Shown here in pieces: positions 50,543 to 61,042 of a stretch of DNA of 64,000 bases. How positions within the stretch are numbered: position 1 is the first letter of the stretch; the number at the start of each line of letters is the position of its first letter. The notes under the pieces are model-generated. The model made no database searches and was not told where the DNA came from. It worked only from the letters and a program-made list of their open reading frames with translations. A program made the translations under genes and the position numbers. This stretch comes from SAR116 cluster bacterium AG-321-K23 (lineage in GTDB: Bacteria; Pseudomonadota; Alphaproteobacteria; Puniceispirillales; Marisalimonadaceae): positions 16,558 to 80,557 of the forward strand of contig QBXO01000003.1 of the NCBI GenBank assembly GCA_003284565.1, in the 5' to 3' direction.

Positions 50543-51838
50543 ATGACTAATTTTATCAGGTTACTTATATTAATGCCTGCACTAATTGTAAGTGTTGTCG
50601 GAGTAGCAAATGCAGCTCCAGATGCTGAAACAGTATACATCTTGAATTCCTTCTCTTTTCTAGTTCATGGCTTTTTAGTCATGTTGATGGCAGCAGGATT
50701 TTGTATGCTAGAGACAGGTTTGGTCAGGGCAAAAAATGCAGTTGTTCAATGTGCCAAAAATATTGGATTATATTCAATTGCTGGTTTGATGTTTGCATTC
50801 GTTGGCTATAACTTAATGTATATGGATGTATCTGGTTGGATAGGTTCGCTTTCAATTTGGAGCCCTTCTGATGGTGAAACATTTGGTGGTGAAAACGATG
50901 CCACATACTCTTCTGGTTCAGATTGGTGGTTTCAAATGGTTTTCTGTGCAACTGCAGCCTCTATTGTCAGTGGAGCGGTAGCAGAGAGAGTAAAATTAAA
51001 AGCTTTTTTTATCTTTGTGGTCTTGTTGTGCGGTTTTATTTATCCAATCCAAGGATCTTGGTCATGGGGTGGAGGTTATTTGAGTGAAGCTGGATTTTTA
51101 GACTTTGCTGGTTCTTCTATCGTTCATGGTGTCGGTGGTTGGGCAGCCTTGACTGGTGCAATAATTCTTGGTGCTAGAAAAGGTAAATATTCTGAGGATG
51201 GAAGCGTTAATCCTATGCCTGGCTCAAACTTACCTTTAGCTACTTTAGGTACATTTATACTATGGTTTGGTTGGTTTGGTTTTAACGGTGGATCTCAATT
51301 AGCTATGGGATCTGGAGCTGATGTAGCGGCTATATCAAACATCTACATTAATACAAATCTGGCAGCTGCCGGTGGTGTAGTAATAGCGCTTATTTTAACA
51401 ATGATGTTTTATAAGAAAACTGATTTAACAATGGCATTAAATGGTGCTCTTGGTGGACTGGTTGCTATCACAGCTGAACCTCTCGCTCCATCTCCAATGC
51501 TTGCAATATTTATTGGTGCAGTTGGCGGATTAATTGTTGTACTTACAATTCCAATGTTGGATAAGTTAAAAATAGACGATGTTGTTGGAGCAATACCTGT
51601 CCATTTATTTGCTGGAATTTGGGGAACAATTGCAGTTATTTTCTCAAACTCTGATGCAACGATTGGCTCCCAACTTTATGGCATATTTGCGATAGGTGCT
51701 TTTACAATCATAGCTTCTGCTGTGGTTTGGTACATAATCAAATTTACCATAGGAATAAGAGTTACAGAAGAAGAAGAACTCGAAGGAGTTGATTTAGCTG
51801 AGATTGGTATGGAAGCTTATCCAGACTTTAAGAAATAA
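50543..51838 (+). CDS. amtB: Ammonium transporter
   Basis: GFCMLETG, FQMVF, SGAVAER, DFAGSSIVH, WFGWFGFNGGS and DDVVGAIPVH (twin His). Confidence 0.97.
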   Translation: MTNFIRLLILMPALIVSVVGVANAAPDAETVYILNSFSFLVHGFLVMLMAAGFCMLETGLVRAKNAVVQCAKNIGLYSIAGLMFAFVGYNLMYMDVSGWIGSLSIWSPSDGETFGGENDATYSSGSDWWFQMVFCATAASIVSGAVAERVKLKAFFIFVVLLCGFIYPIQGSWSWGGGYLSEAGFLDFAGSSIVHGVGGWAALTGAIILGARKGKYSEDGSVNPMPGSNLPLATLGTFILWFGWFGFNGGSQLAMGSGADVAAISNIYINTNLAAAGGVVIALILTMMFYKKTDLTMALNGALGGLVAITAEPLAPSPMLAIFIGAVGGLIVVLTIPMLDKLKIDDVVGAIPVHLFAGIWGTIAVIFSNSDATIGSQLYGIFAIGAFTIIASAVVWYIIKFTIGIRVTEEEELEGVDLAEIGMEAYPDFKK

Positions 51839-51854
51839 ACTAAGCTAAAAACAT

Positions 51855-51882
51855 AAGAGGGGGAGCACTGCTCCCCTTTTTT
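51855..51882. terminator. Intrinsic terminator between convergent amtB and gdhA (probably bidirectional)
   Basis: GGGGAGC-act-GCTCCCC followed by a T-run, purine/A-rich on the other side. Confidence 0.85.
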
Positions 51883-53302
51883 ATATCCCGAGTGACCCAT
51901 AGCTTTGAGCTATTCTTTTAACTGCTACAATCATTGCTGCTGTTCTTAAATCAGGGATCTCATTATGTTTGTTCCAAACATAACTGATGACTTTATATGT
52001 TTCCAACATGGTATCTTCTAAACCTGAACGAACTAAATCTATTTCTGATGATCCTTCAATTGACTTTGACTTAAAATCAGCAGGAAAAGTTTTTCCTGTC
52101 ATGTTTTCAATTCCTTCTATCAAATTTGAAACCTGATTTTCTTGGGCTCTTCGTTGTAATCTTCCAAGTCTAATTCTGCTTAAATTTTTAATCCATTCAA
52201 AATAACTTACTGTAACACCACCAGCATTAGCATATAGATCTGGTATGATTACTATACCTTTTCTGTTAAGTATTTCATCAGCACCTGCTGAAACAGGGCC
52301 ATTTGCTGCTTCAACAATAAGTTTAGCTTTTATTCTATCAGCATTTGTTTCATCTATAACTAGCTCCATTGCTGCAGGAATTAAAATATCTGTTTCTTCT
52401 TCCAAAATTTCTGAACCAGACTCAACAAAACCCTTGAAACCCCGTATGGTACCTTTTTCAATTATATGATTTTTTAATGATGATATATCAATACCATTCT
52501 TGTCTATAACTGAACCATCACGTTCTATAACATGAGTAATTATTGCTCCATCTTCGATCGATAAAAAATAAGCAGCATAATATCCTACATTTCCAAGACC
52601 TTGTACTATTATTCTTTTTCCTTTTAAACCCGGGGTTAGGCCAGTTTTTTTTACATCTTTTTCATTTTGAAAAAATGCTTTAAGAGCTAGTTTAACACCT
52701 CTTCCAGTTGCCTCAGTTCTACCGGAAATCCCCCCTTTATTTACAGGTTTCCCGGTAACACAAGCCCATGCATTTAAGTCTGTTGGATTTAGCCGACGAT
52801 ATTCATCAGCCATCCATGCCATTTCACGTTCTCCAGTTCCAACATCTGGGGCTGGTACATTTTGAGATGGGTGTATTAAATCTCTTTTGGCTAATTCTTG
52901 AGTAAAACGTCTTGTAATTCTTTCTAATTCTTCTGGTTTCCACTCTTTTATATCAATTAAAAGTCCACCTTTTGATCCACCAAAGGGAACCTCTACCAAA
53001 GCACATTTATATGTCATTAACGCAGCTAAAGCTTCAACCTCTTCCTGATTTACAGCTAAATCATATCTTATGCCACCTTTTACTGGCTCAAAATGATCAG
53101 AGTGAACTGAGCGATAACCAACAAATGTAAATACTGTACCCCTAAGCCTAACCCCAAATCGAACTACATATGTGGCATTTGCCATCATAATTTGATTTGA
53201 TAAATCTTCTGAGAGTGTTTCACCTCCATAAATTTTTTGAATATATTGAGTTGCTTTTTTAAAATTAATTTCAATAGAATTTAGGAATGCGTCACTAGCC
53301 AT
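51881..53302 (-). CDS. gdhA: Glu/Leu/Phe/Val dehydrogenase; glutamate dehydrogenase with antenna-like insertion
   Basis: KGGIRY, MTYKCA, PFGGSKGG, PAPDVGT, GRTEATGRG, QGLGNVG and NAGGVTVSYFEW. Confidence 0.92.
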   Translation of the reverse strand: MASDAFLNSIEINFKKATQYIQKIYGGETLSEDLSNQIMMANATYVVRFGVRLRGTVFTFVGYRSVHSDHFEPVKGGIRYDLAVNQEEVEALAALMTYKCALVEVPFGGSKGGLLIDIKEWKPEELERITRRFTQELAKRDLIHPSQNVPAPDVGTGEREMAWMADEYRRLNPTDLNAWACVTGKPVNKGGISGRTEATGRGVKLALKAFFQNEKDVKKTGLTPGLKGKRIIVQGLGNVGYYAAYFLSIEDGAIITHVIERDGSVIDKNGIDISSLKNHIIEKGTIRGFKGFVESGSEILEEETDILIPAAMELVIDETNADRIKAKLIVEAANGPVSAGADEILNRKGIVIIPDLYANAGGVTVSYFEWIKNLSRIRLGRLQRRAQENQVSNLIEGIENMTGKTFPADFKSKSIEGSSEIDLVRSGLEDTMLETYKVISYVWNKHNEIPDLRTAAMIVAVKRIAQSYGSLGI

Positions 53303-53499
53303 TATTCTTCCAATCTTTTAAGATTGCCCCCTTATAGAATTTGAAACTGATAACAATTTTTAATAAATAACACTTGCACAAAAAACAAAAAGTGAAAAGG
53401 AGTATCTATTGTCTATTTAAAACTTGAAAAAATTTATATTTTATTCATCTTAGAAATTAAGAAACAAATAAATCGTTATTTCAAATTAATAGGTCAAAA

Positions 53500-53955
53500 A
53501 TGTTCTCAAATCTTAAAACTGCTTTTCAAAATATTACTTCAAAAGACAAGAAAGAAAATGAGTATGAAGGAGAAGACATACAGGCAGTCATTGTATTGCT
53601 ATTAGAGGCATGTCAAATTGATGGAGATACTGGCAAAGCTGAGCTTGAATATATAAAGAAATTATTAGTTAATAAATTTAGTTTTACTCCAGATCAAGCT
53701 GAAAGGAATTTACTTGAGGCTCTTGAAAAGAGTGATGAGAGAATCGAAATTTTTTCTCAAATAAAAATCATATTAAATGAAATGGATCATGAAGAAAGAA
53801 TTGATGTTATTGAAATGATGTGGGGAGTAATTCTTACTGATGGAATAGTTGATGACTTTGAAGCTAATTTAATGAGACGCATGAATGGATTACTTTATGT
53901 GTCAGGGGCAGAAAGTGCCTCAGCAAAACAAAGGGCTCTCAGTCAAACTAAATAG
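53500..53955 (+). CDS. TerB-family (tellurite resistance-like) protein
   Basis: LLLEACQIDG...E and IEMMWGVILTDGIVDDFEANLMRR. Confidence 0.78.
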   Translation: MFSNLKTAFQNITSKDKKENEYEGEDIQAVIVLLLEACQIDGDTGKAELEYIKKLLVNKFSFTPDQAERNLLEALEKSDERIEIFSQIKIILNEMDHEERIDVIEMMWGVILTDGIVDDFEANLMRRMNGLLYVSGAESASAKQRALSQTK

Positions 53956-53990
53956 ATTTAATTCAATAAATTTTAAGGGGCTACGACTAT

Positions 53991-55160
53991 ATGTTTTTTC
54001 ATTCAATGAATTTTTCAATCGGGGAAGATAATGAAGCCTTGAGGGATACAGTATTTAAATTTGCACAAAAAGAGATAGCTCCTTTAGCTGACAAAATTGA
54101 TAAAGAAAATTCCTTTCCAAGTCAAATATGGAAGAAACTTGGTGAATTAGGACTTCTTGGTATTACAGCTAATTCAAAGTATGGTGGTAGTGAAATGAGT
54201 TACTTAGCTCATTGTATAGCTATGGAAGAAATAAGCCGGGCTAGCGCTTCAGTTGGTCTATCTTATGGAGCTTTTTCTAATTTGTGTGTCAATCAGATAA
54301 ACAGGAATGGAAGTGAGGAACAGAAAGAAAAATATTTGCCAAGCTTATGTAAAGGTGAAAAAATTGGTGCTCTTGCAATGAGTGAAACAGGATCTGGGTC
54401 AGATGTTGTATCAATGACACTCCATGCTGAAAAGCAAGGAAATAATACTTATTTATTAAATGGCTCAAAAATGTGGATAACTAATGGGCCTGATGCAGAT
54501 ACCTTAGTAGTGTATGCTAAAACAGACCCTAAAGGTGGCTCAAAGGGGATCACAGCATTTATAATTGAAAAAACAATGACAGGATTTTCTACTGGCAAAA
54601 AACTAGATAAACTAGGAATGAGAGGGTCAAATACAGCAGAACTTATTTTTGAAAATTGTCCTGTGCCTGAAGAAAATATTTTAGGTGAAGAGGGAAAAGG
54701 AGCTGCTATTCTAATGAGTGGATTAGACTATGAGAGAGTTGTTCTTGCTGCAGGTCCTTTGGGTATTATGGCAGCTGCTATGGATACAGTAGTTCCTTAC
54801 ATTCATGAAAGAAAACAATTTGGAAAATCGATTGGTGAATTTCAAATCATGCAAGGAAAAATAGCCGATATGTATACCACCATGAATGCATGTAGATCTT
54901 ACGTATACGAGGTAGCGAAAGCTTGTGACAGAGGAGAGACTACTAGAAAAGATGCCGCTGGTTGTATTTTATATGCCGCAGAAAAAGCTACTCAGTTATC
55001 TTTAGAAGCAATACAAGCGCTAGGTGGTAATGGATACACCAATGATTTCCCTGTAGGCAGACTTCTTAGAGACGCAAAATTATATGAAATTGGAGCTGGA
55101 ACTTCTGAAATAAGAAGAATGTTAATTGGTAGAGAGCTGTTCTTGGAAACATCACAATGA
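53991..55160 (+). CDS. liuA: Isovaleryl-CoA dehydrogenase
   Basis: [31 protein letters not shown] and [17 protein letters not shown]; first gene of the liu cluster. Confidence 0.93.
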   Translation: MFFHSMNFSIGEDNEALRDTVFKFAQKEIAPLADKIDKENSFPSQIWKKLGELGLLGITANSKYGGSEMSYLAHCIAMEEISRASASVGLSYGAFSNLCVNQINRNGSEEQKEKYLPSLCKGEKIGALAMSETGSGSDVVSMTLHAEKQGNNTYLLNGSKMWITNGPDADTLVVYAKTDPKGGSKGITAFIIEKTMTGFSTGKKLDKLGMRGSNTAELIFENCPVPEENILGEEGKGAAILMSGLDYERVVLAAGPLGIMAAAMDTVVPYIHERKQFGKSIGEFQIMQGKIADMYTTMNACRSYVYEVAKACDRGETTRKDAAGCILYAAEKATQLSLEAIQALGGNGYTNDFPVGRLLRDAKLYEIGAGTSEIRRMLIGRELFLETSQ

Positions 55161-56758
55161 CAGTATTAAAATCAAAGATTAATGCTAAAGATAAAAAATT
55201 TATTAAAAATCAGAAGCAACTTTTTATTGATTATAAACTTACCCAAAAAGCAGTTGAAATGGCTATTAATGGGGGTGGAAAAGAATTAAATGACCGTCAT
55301 CAAAAACGTGGCAAAATGCTTCCGAGACATAGAGTTTCTAAACTTTTAGATCCAGGAAGTGCTTTTCTAGAGATAGGATTAACCGCAGGTCATAACATGT
55401 ATAATAATGCGTGTCCTTCAGGTGGAATAATAACTGGAGTGGGAAAAGTTAATAACTGTGATGTTATGGTTATATGCAATGATTCAACTGTTAAAGGAGG
55501 TACATACTACCCAATAACAGTGAAAAAACATTTACGAGCTCAAGAAATAGCACTTGAAAACAACTTACCTTGCGTTTACTTGGTAGATTCTGGTGGAGCA
55601 AATTTACCAAATCAAGATGAAGTTTTTGCTGACAGAGAACATTTTGGAAGAATTTTTTTTAATCAAGCAAACATGTCATCTAAGAATATACCTCAAATAG
55701 CTGTTGTACTTGGAAGTTGTACTGCTGGAGGTGCATATGTTCCTGCGATGTCTGATGAAACTATAATTGTGAAAAATCAAGGTACAATATTTTTAGCTGG
55801 GCCACCTTTAGTAAAGGCTGCAACAGGAGAAATTACTGACTCGGAAAGTCTTGGTGGAGGAGAAGTTCACACTAAGATATCTGGTGTTGCTGATTATCTC
55901 GCTGAAAATGACGAACATGCCTTAGATTTAGCTAGAGAGTGTATTAAAAATTTAAATATTAAAAATTTTAAAAGTATTTCATCTTATGAAGAACCATTAT
56001 ATGACCAAAACGAATTAACTGGAATTTTTCCATCAGACCCAAAAGAAACATTCGATGTTAGAGAAATAATCATGAGAATAGTGGATGGATCTAAGTTTGA
56101 TGAATTTAAGAAAAATTATGGAACAACTTTGGTTACTGGATTTGCAAAATTAAAGGGTGATTTATGCGGAATCGTTGCAAATAACGGAGTTTTATTTTCA
56201 GACAGTTCTTTAAAAGGTACTCATTTTATAGAAATATGTAGTCAAAGAAAAATACCTTTAATTTTTTTACAAAATATCACTGGTTTTATGGTAGGAGAAA
56301 AAGCTGAACATGGTGGAATAGCTAAAAATGGCGCCAAACTTGTAAACGCCGTTGCAACAACAAGAGTGCCAAAAATAACATTGCTAATTGGTGGTAGTTT
56401 TGGTGCTGGTAACTATGGAATGTGTGGAAGAGCCTTTGCTCCAAGATTTCTATGGACATGGCCTTGTTCAAGAATTTCTGTCATGGGAGGTGAACAAGCA
56501 GCAAGCGTTTTAGCCTCTCTTAAAAAACGAAATATTCTTAAAGAAAAAGGTAAATGGAATAATAATATTGAAAACAATTTTAAAAAACCAATTTTAGAAC
56601 AATTTAAAAATCAATCGCACCCTTTATATGCCTCTGCTAGGTTATGGGATGATGGTATAATAGATCCTAAAAAATCTAGAGATATATTATCCACCAGTCT
56701 TAAAGTTTCCTTAAATAAAGAAATTGAAGATACTAATTTTGGTATTTTCAGAATGTAA
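55157..56758 (+). CDS. liuB: Methylcrotonyl-CoA carboxylase carboxyltransferase (beta) subunit
   Basis: [37 protein letters not shown] and SARLWDDG. Confidence 0.93.
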   Translation: MTVLKSKINAKDKKFIKNQKQLFIDYKLTQKAVEMAINGGGKELNDRHQKRGKMLPRHRVSKLLDPGSAFLEIGLTAGHNMYNNACPSGGIITGVGKVNNCDVMVICNDSTVKGGTYYPITVKKHLRAQEIALENNLPCVYLVDSGGANLPNQDEVFADREHFGRIFFNQANMSSKNIPQIAVVLGSCTAGGAYVPAMSDETIIVKNQGTIFLAGPPLVKAATGEITDSESLGGGEVHTKISGVADYLAENDEHALDLARECIKNLNIKNFKSISSYEEPLYDQNELTGIFPSDPKETFDVREIIMRIVDGSKFDEFKKNYGTTLVTGFAKLKGDLCGIVANNGVLFSDSSLKGTHFIEICSQRKIPLIFLQNITGFMVGEKAEHGGIAKNGAKLVNAVATTRVPKITLLIGGSFGAGNYGMCGRAFAPRFLWTWPCSRISVMGGEQAASVLASLKKRNILKEKGKWNNNIENNFKKPILEQFKNQSHPLYASARLWDDGIIDPKKSRDILSTSLKVSLNKEIEDTNFGIFRM

Positions 56759-56766
56759 TTAATACG

Positions 56767-58773
56767 ATGATCAATAATAAAAAGATTAAAAAATTATTAA
56801 TTGCAAATCGTGGTGAAATTGCATGTAAAATAATAAGATGTGCAAAAAATCTCAACATACCAACAATAGCTATATATTCGAATGAAGATGCTAACAGCCT
56901 ACATGTCCAACTTGCTGATGAAGCTGTAAATATTCCTGGGTCACTTATTTCAGAAACATATATGAATGGGTCAGCAATAATTAATATATGTAAAAAATTT
57001 AAAGCAAATGCCATTCACCCTGGATATGGCTTATTATCTGAAAATGCCGAATTTGTAAAAATTGTAGAAAAAAATAAATTAATTTTTATAGGTCCTAATA
57101 GTACAATTATAAAAAATATGGGGGAAAAAGACAAAGCAAAGCTTATTATGGAGAAAGCAGGTATCCCAGTAATTCCAGGGTACCATGGTGAAAATCAAAA
57201 TAAGAATTTCCTTCAAAAAAAAGCCAATGAAATTGGATACCCAGTTCTTATAAAAGCAAGATCTGGTGGAGGCGGAAGAGGTATGAGAGTTGCTCATAAT
57301 AAAGAGAATTTTTTTTCAGCTTTAGGAGAGGCTTCAAGCGAAGCTCAAACAAATTTTAATGATAAAAATATTTTAATTGAAAAATACATATCTAAAGCTC
57401 GTCATATTGAAGTACAAATTTTTTCTGATCAATATGGAAATGTAGTACATTTTTTTGATAGGGATTGCACGTTACAAAGAAGACAACAGAAAATCATTGA
57501 AGAAGCACCTTCACCAAAACTTAGTGGAGATGTTCGCAAATTTTTAGGTAACTTAGCTGTAAACGCATTAAAGTCTATAGACTATCAAGGAGCTGGTACA
57601 ATAGAATTTATTGCAGATACTGCTGATGGCCTAAATAAAAATAAAATTTATTTCATGGAAATGAATACAAGAATTCAAGTTGAACATCCAGTTACAGAGA
57701 AAATCACATCAACTAATCTAATTGAATGGCAACTACATATAGCTAATGGTCTAAAACTTCCTAAGTCACAAAATGAAATAAATTTAAATGGTTGGTCTTT
57801 AGAAGCTAGACTTTACGCTGAAGACATAAATAAAAACTTTCTTCCACAAAGTGGTCATCTTCGTCATTTAAAATTTCCAAAAAATTATGATCATCCCAAC
57901 TGCATTATAGATACGGGTAATAAAAAAGGAGATTTTATAAGTCCTTATTATGATCCAATGATTGCAAAAATAATTTCACATGGCAAAAACAGAAAGGAGG
58001 CAATAAATCATCTCAGAAATTGTTTATTTGATATAGAAGTTGCAGGTATAACTACTAATTTAAACTTATTAAAAAAATTATTAAAAAATAATCACTTTAT
58101 GGAAGGAGATATTTACACAAAGTTTGTAGAAAACAACATTGAAGAATTTACGGATAAAGACATTGAACCTCAACTAAAAGCTTTAGCATCATTGATAATT
58201 TTTAATAATCTTACACCTTTACAACAAAATTATTGGTATAGTTGGAAACCAGCTACTTATCCAATAAATATAACTATAGGTCAGAAATTAACATCTTTTT
58301 TCATTACTAAAACTAGTAATAAGAATTTTGAAGTTGCATTTAATCATCAAGACTTTTATTTCTCTTCTGTTTCTTTTCTCAATTCAACTTTAACAGCAAA
58401 GATAAAAAACAAAAACTTTGAAGTAAAGTTTAATGTTTTTAAAGATAAATCAACAGGCAATAAAAATTTTACCTTTTTTAGTAAAGAAATTACATTTGAT
58501 GCTGTTCTAAAGAATTCTCTGACTCAAATTTCAAATGAACAGAGTAATTATGAAGATAGTATTTTTGCCCCCATGCATGGAGTAATAAAAATAAATAATT
58601 TAAAAGTGAAAAATAGAGTTAAAAAAGGTGATGTATTATTAAAGTTAGAAGCTATGAAAATGGAATATTCATTAATTGCACCAAGAGACGGAATAATAAA
58701 AGAAATTTTTTGTAAAAATGGTGAACAGGTAACTGAAAATTCCATGCTCTTAAATCTACAAAAAGTAAAATAA
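56767..58773 (+). CDS. liuD: Methylcrotonyl-CoA carboxylase biotin carboxylase/biotin carrier (alpha) subunit
   Basis: IANRGEIA, HPGYG, GGGGRGMR, EMNTRIQVEHPVTE and biotin motif EAMKME. Confidence 0.92.
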   Translation: MINNKKIKKLLIANRGEIACKIIRCAKNLNIPTIAIYSNEDANSLHVQLADEAVNIPGSLISETYMNGSAIINICKKFKANAIHPGYGLLSENAEFVKIVEKNKLIFIGPNSTIIKNMGEKDKAKLIMEKAGIPVIPGYHGENQNKNFLQKKANEIGYPVLIKARSGGGGRGMRVAHNKENFFSALGEASSEAQTNFNDKNILIEKYISKARHIEVQIFSDQYGNVVHFFDRDCTLQRRQQKIIEEAPSPKLSGDVRKFLGNLAVNALKSIDYQGAGTIEFIADTADGLNKNKIYFMEMNTRIQVEHPVTEKITSTNLIEWQLHIANGLKLPKSQNEINLNGWSLEARLYAEDINKNFLPQSGHLRHLKFPKNYDHPNCIIDTGNKKGDFISPYYDPMIAKIISHGKNRKEAINHLRNCLFDIEVAGITTNLNLLKKLLKNNHFMEGDIYTKFVENNIEEFTDKDIEPQLKALASLIIFNNLTPLQQNYWYSWKPATYPINITIGQKLTSFFITKTSNKNFEVAFNHQDFYFSSVSFLNSTLTAKIKNKNFEVKFNVFKDKSTGNKNFTFFSKEITFDAVLKNSLTQISNEQSNYEDSIFAPMHGVIKINNLKVKNRVKKGDVLLKLEAMKMEYSLIAPRDGIIKEIFCKNGEQVTENSMLLNLQKVK

Positions 58774-58784
58774 AAGGTACTTGT

Positions 58785-59639
58785 TTGAGAAATTTAATAA
58801 ATATTTTTGAAATGAGCCCAAGAGACGGGCTTCAAAATGAGAAAAAATTTATTTCAACAGATGAAAAAGTTTTTTTAATTGACCATCTATCTCAATGTGG
58901 TTTTAACAAGATAGAGACATCTAGTTTTGTGAGTCACAAATGGGTTCCTCAACTTGCTGATGCAGCAGAAGTTTTTAGTAGAATTAATAGAAATAAAAAC
59001 ACTAAATACACTGCATTAACACCCAATGAAAGAGGGTTTAATGACGCCTTAAATGCTAATGTCGATGAAGTAGCAATTTTTACTGCAGCATCTGAGACAT
59101 TTTGTAAAAAAAACACTAACTGTGATATTGAAACTAGTCTGAAACGATTTATTCCAATAACCGAAAAAGCTTCAAAATTAAATATACCTGTAAGAGGTTA
59201 CATTAGTTGCGCAACTCACTGCCCTTATGAGAATTTTGTTAATCCTAAAATAGTAGGTCAAATTGCAAATAATTTATTTAAAATGGGCTGTTATGAAATA
59301 TCACTTGGTGATACGACCGGCAAAGGTACACCAGAGCAAACACTAGAGGTAGTAAAAGAATGCTTAAAATATTTATCAGCAGATAAATTAGCTGGCCATT
59401 TTCATGATACATATCAAAATGCGCTTGATAATATAAATGTCTGCCTAGAAAATGGTATCAAAACATTTGACTCATCCGTGGGGGGATTAGGCGGTTGTCC
59501 ATATTCACCAGGAGCAAAAGGAAATGTAGCAACCGAAAAAGTTAACAAATTACTATTATCTAAAGGTTACGAAACGAACCTTGATAGAGATAAATTAAAA
59601 GAATGTAGTGTAATTGCTCATAAATTAATCTTAAACTGA
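58785..59639 (+). CDS. liuE: Hydroxymethylglutaryl-CoA lyase
   Basis: PRDGLQNE, SLGDT, HFHDT and GLGGCPY. Confidence 0.93.
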   Translation: MRNLINIFEMSPRDGLQNEKKFISTDEKVFLIDHLSQCGFNKIETSSFVSHKWVPQLADAAEVFSRINRNKNTKYTALTPNERGFNDALNANVDEVAIFTAASETFCKKNTNCDIETSLKRFIPITEKASKLNIPVRGYISCATHCPYENFVNPKIVGQIANNLFKMGCYEISLGDTTGKGTPEQTLEVVKECLKYLSADKLAGHFHDTYQNALDNINVCLENGIKTFDSSVGGLGGCPYSPGAKGNVATEKVNKLLLSKGYETNLDRDKLKECSVIAHKLILN

Positions 59640-59643
59640 AACC

Positions 59644-60441
59644 ATGGCTGAAATTAAAAAAAATTCGATAATATTACAGAATAAGGGCGGAGTATCTCAC
59701 ATTATTTTGAACCAACCTGATAAACATAATGCTTTATCACCAATTATGATTGAAGAATTAAGTGATGCTTTTGAAAATCTATCAAAAGATGAAAATACTC
59801 GAGTGTTAATATTGTCAGCCAATGGAAAATCTTTTTGTGCTGGGGGAGATTTAGATTGGATGAAAAAACAAATTTTTTCTGATAGATCAACTAGAATTAA
59901 AGAAGCTAAAAAACTAGCAATGCTTCTTTTTAAAATGTATAGCTTTCCAAAACCTTTAATTGCAAAAGTTGAAGGAAATGCTTTTGGGGGCGGCATTGGA
60001 ATTATATCTGTATGTGATATAGCAGTATCTTTAGATAATATAAAATTAGCACTAACAGAAGCAAAGCTTGGCTTAATTCCAGCAACAATTAGTCCATATG
60101 TAGTTTTGAAAGTTGGATCGAGCAATGCCATAGACATGTTTACCAGTGCCCGAACATTTTCTCCTCAAGAAGGACAAAAAATTGGTTTGATAAAGTTGTT
60201 TACTACGAGTGATAAAATAGATGACACTATAACAAACGAAATTTTACCCTTTTTAAAAAATGCGCCTGCTGCTTTATCTGCTTCAAAAAAACTAGTAAGA
60301 AATTTATCTCTAAAAATAGATGAAAACACAATTCGATTTACTGTTGAAGCTCTTGCAGATGTATGGGAAAATCCTGAGGCAATTGAAGGAATTAATGCTT
60401 TTTTTGAGAAGAGAAAACCAAATTGGTTAATGGAGAAGTAA
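59644..60441 (+). CDS. liuC: Methylglutaconyl-CoA hydratase (crotonase family)
   Basis: FCAGGDLDWM, AFGGG and EAKLGLIPATISPYV; within the liu cluster. Confidence 0.85.
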   Translation: MAEIKKNSIILQNKGGVSHIILNQPDKHNALSPIMIEELSDAFENLSKDENTRVLILSANGKSFCAGGDLDWMKKQIFSDRSTRIKEAKKLAMLLFKMYSFPKPLIAKVEGNAFGGGIGIISVCDIAVSLDNIKLALTEAKLGLIPATISPYVVLKVGSSNAIDMFTSARTFSPQEGQKIGLIKLFTTSDKIDDTITNEILPFLKNAPAALSASKKLVRNLSLKIDENTIRFTVEALADVWENPEAIEGINAFFEKRKPNWLMEK

Positions 60442-61038
60442 ATGGCAAAGATTATAAAACAAGGCCAAAAAGGTAATTTAACTAAATTAAATCTAGATTA
60501 TGAAGGTACTAAAGAAGGAGAAGAGCAAGTAAAAAACTACTTAGAAATTGTTCAGCAAAAACTAGGTTTTACTCCAAATGTTCTTGCTGCTTTTGCAAAA
60601 TTTCCAAAACAATTTGATGGTTTTACTAAATTGTACAACGCATTGATGTTAGGTGAGTCTGGGTTAACAAAATTGGAAAGAGAAATGATTGCCGTTACGG
60701 TTTCTTCAGAAAACCATTGCTTTTATTGTTTAGTGGCGCACGGATCTGCAGTTAGAGAATTATCAAATGATCCTCAATTAGGAGAGCGTATAGCTGCAAA
60801 CTTTAGGTCGGCTGAATTGCCAAAAAAACAAGAGGAATTGCTTAATTTTACAAAAAAATTGACCAAAGACCCGTCTGAAATTTGTGAAAATGACAGAAAA
60901 AAATTAAGGAATGTTGGTTATAAAGATAGAGATATTTGGGATATTAGTGCCATAGTTGGTTTATTTAACATGACTAACAGACTAGCTTCAGCAACTGAAA
61001 TGGAACCAAATAATAATTATCATAATTTAGCAAGATAA
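60442..61038 (+). CDS. AhpD/CMD-like peroxidase-related enzyme
   Basis: GFTPNV, EREMIAVTVS.ENHCFYCLVAH and FNMTNR. Confidence 0.88.
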   Translation: MAKIIKQGQKGNLTKLNLDYEGTKEGEEQVKNYLEIVQQKLGFTPNVLAAFAKFPKQFDGFTKLYNALMLGESGLTKLEREMIAVTVSSENHCFYCLVAHGSAVRELSNDPQLGERIAANFRSAELPKKQEELLNFTKKLTKDPSEICENDRKKLRNVGYKDRDIWDISAIVGLFNMTNRLASATEMEPNNNYHNLAR

Positions 61039-61042
61039 GTTT

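Noticed and set aside
53500-53955. Tellurite-resistance or anti-phage ter system
   Set aside because: A solitary TerB-family gene with no other ter genes
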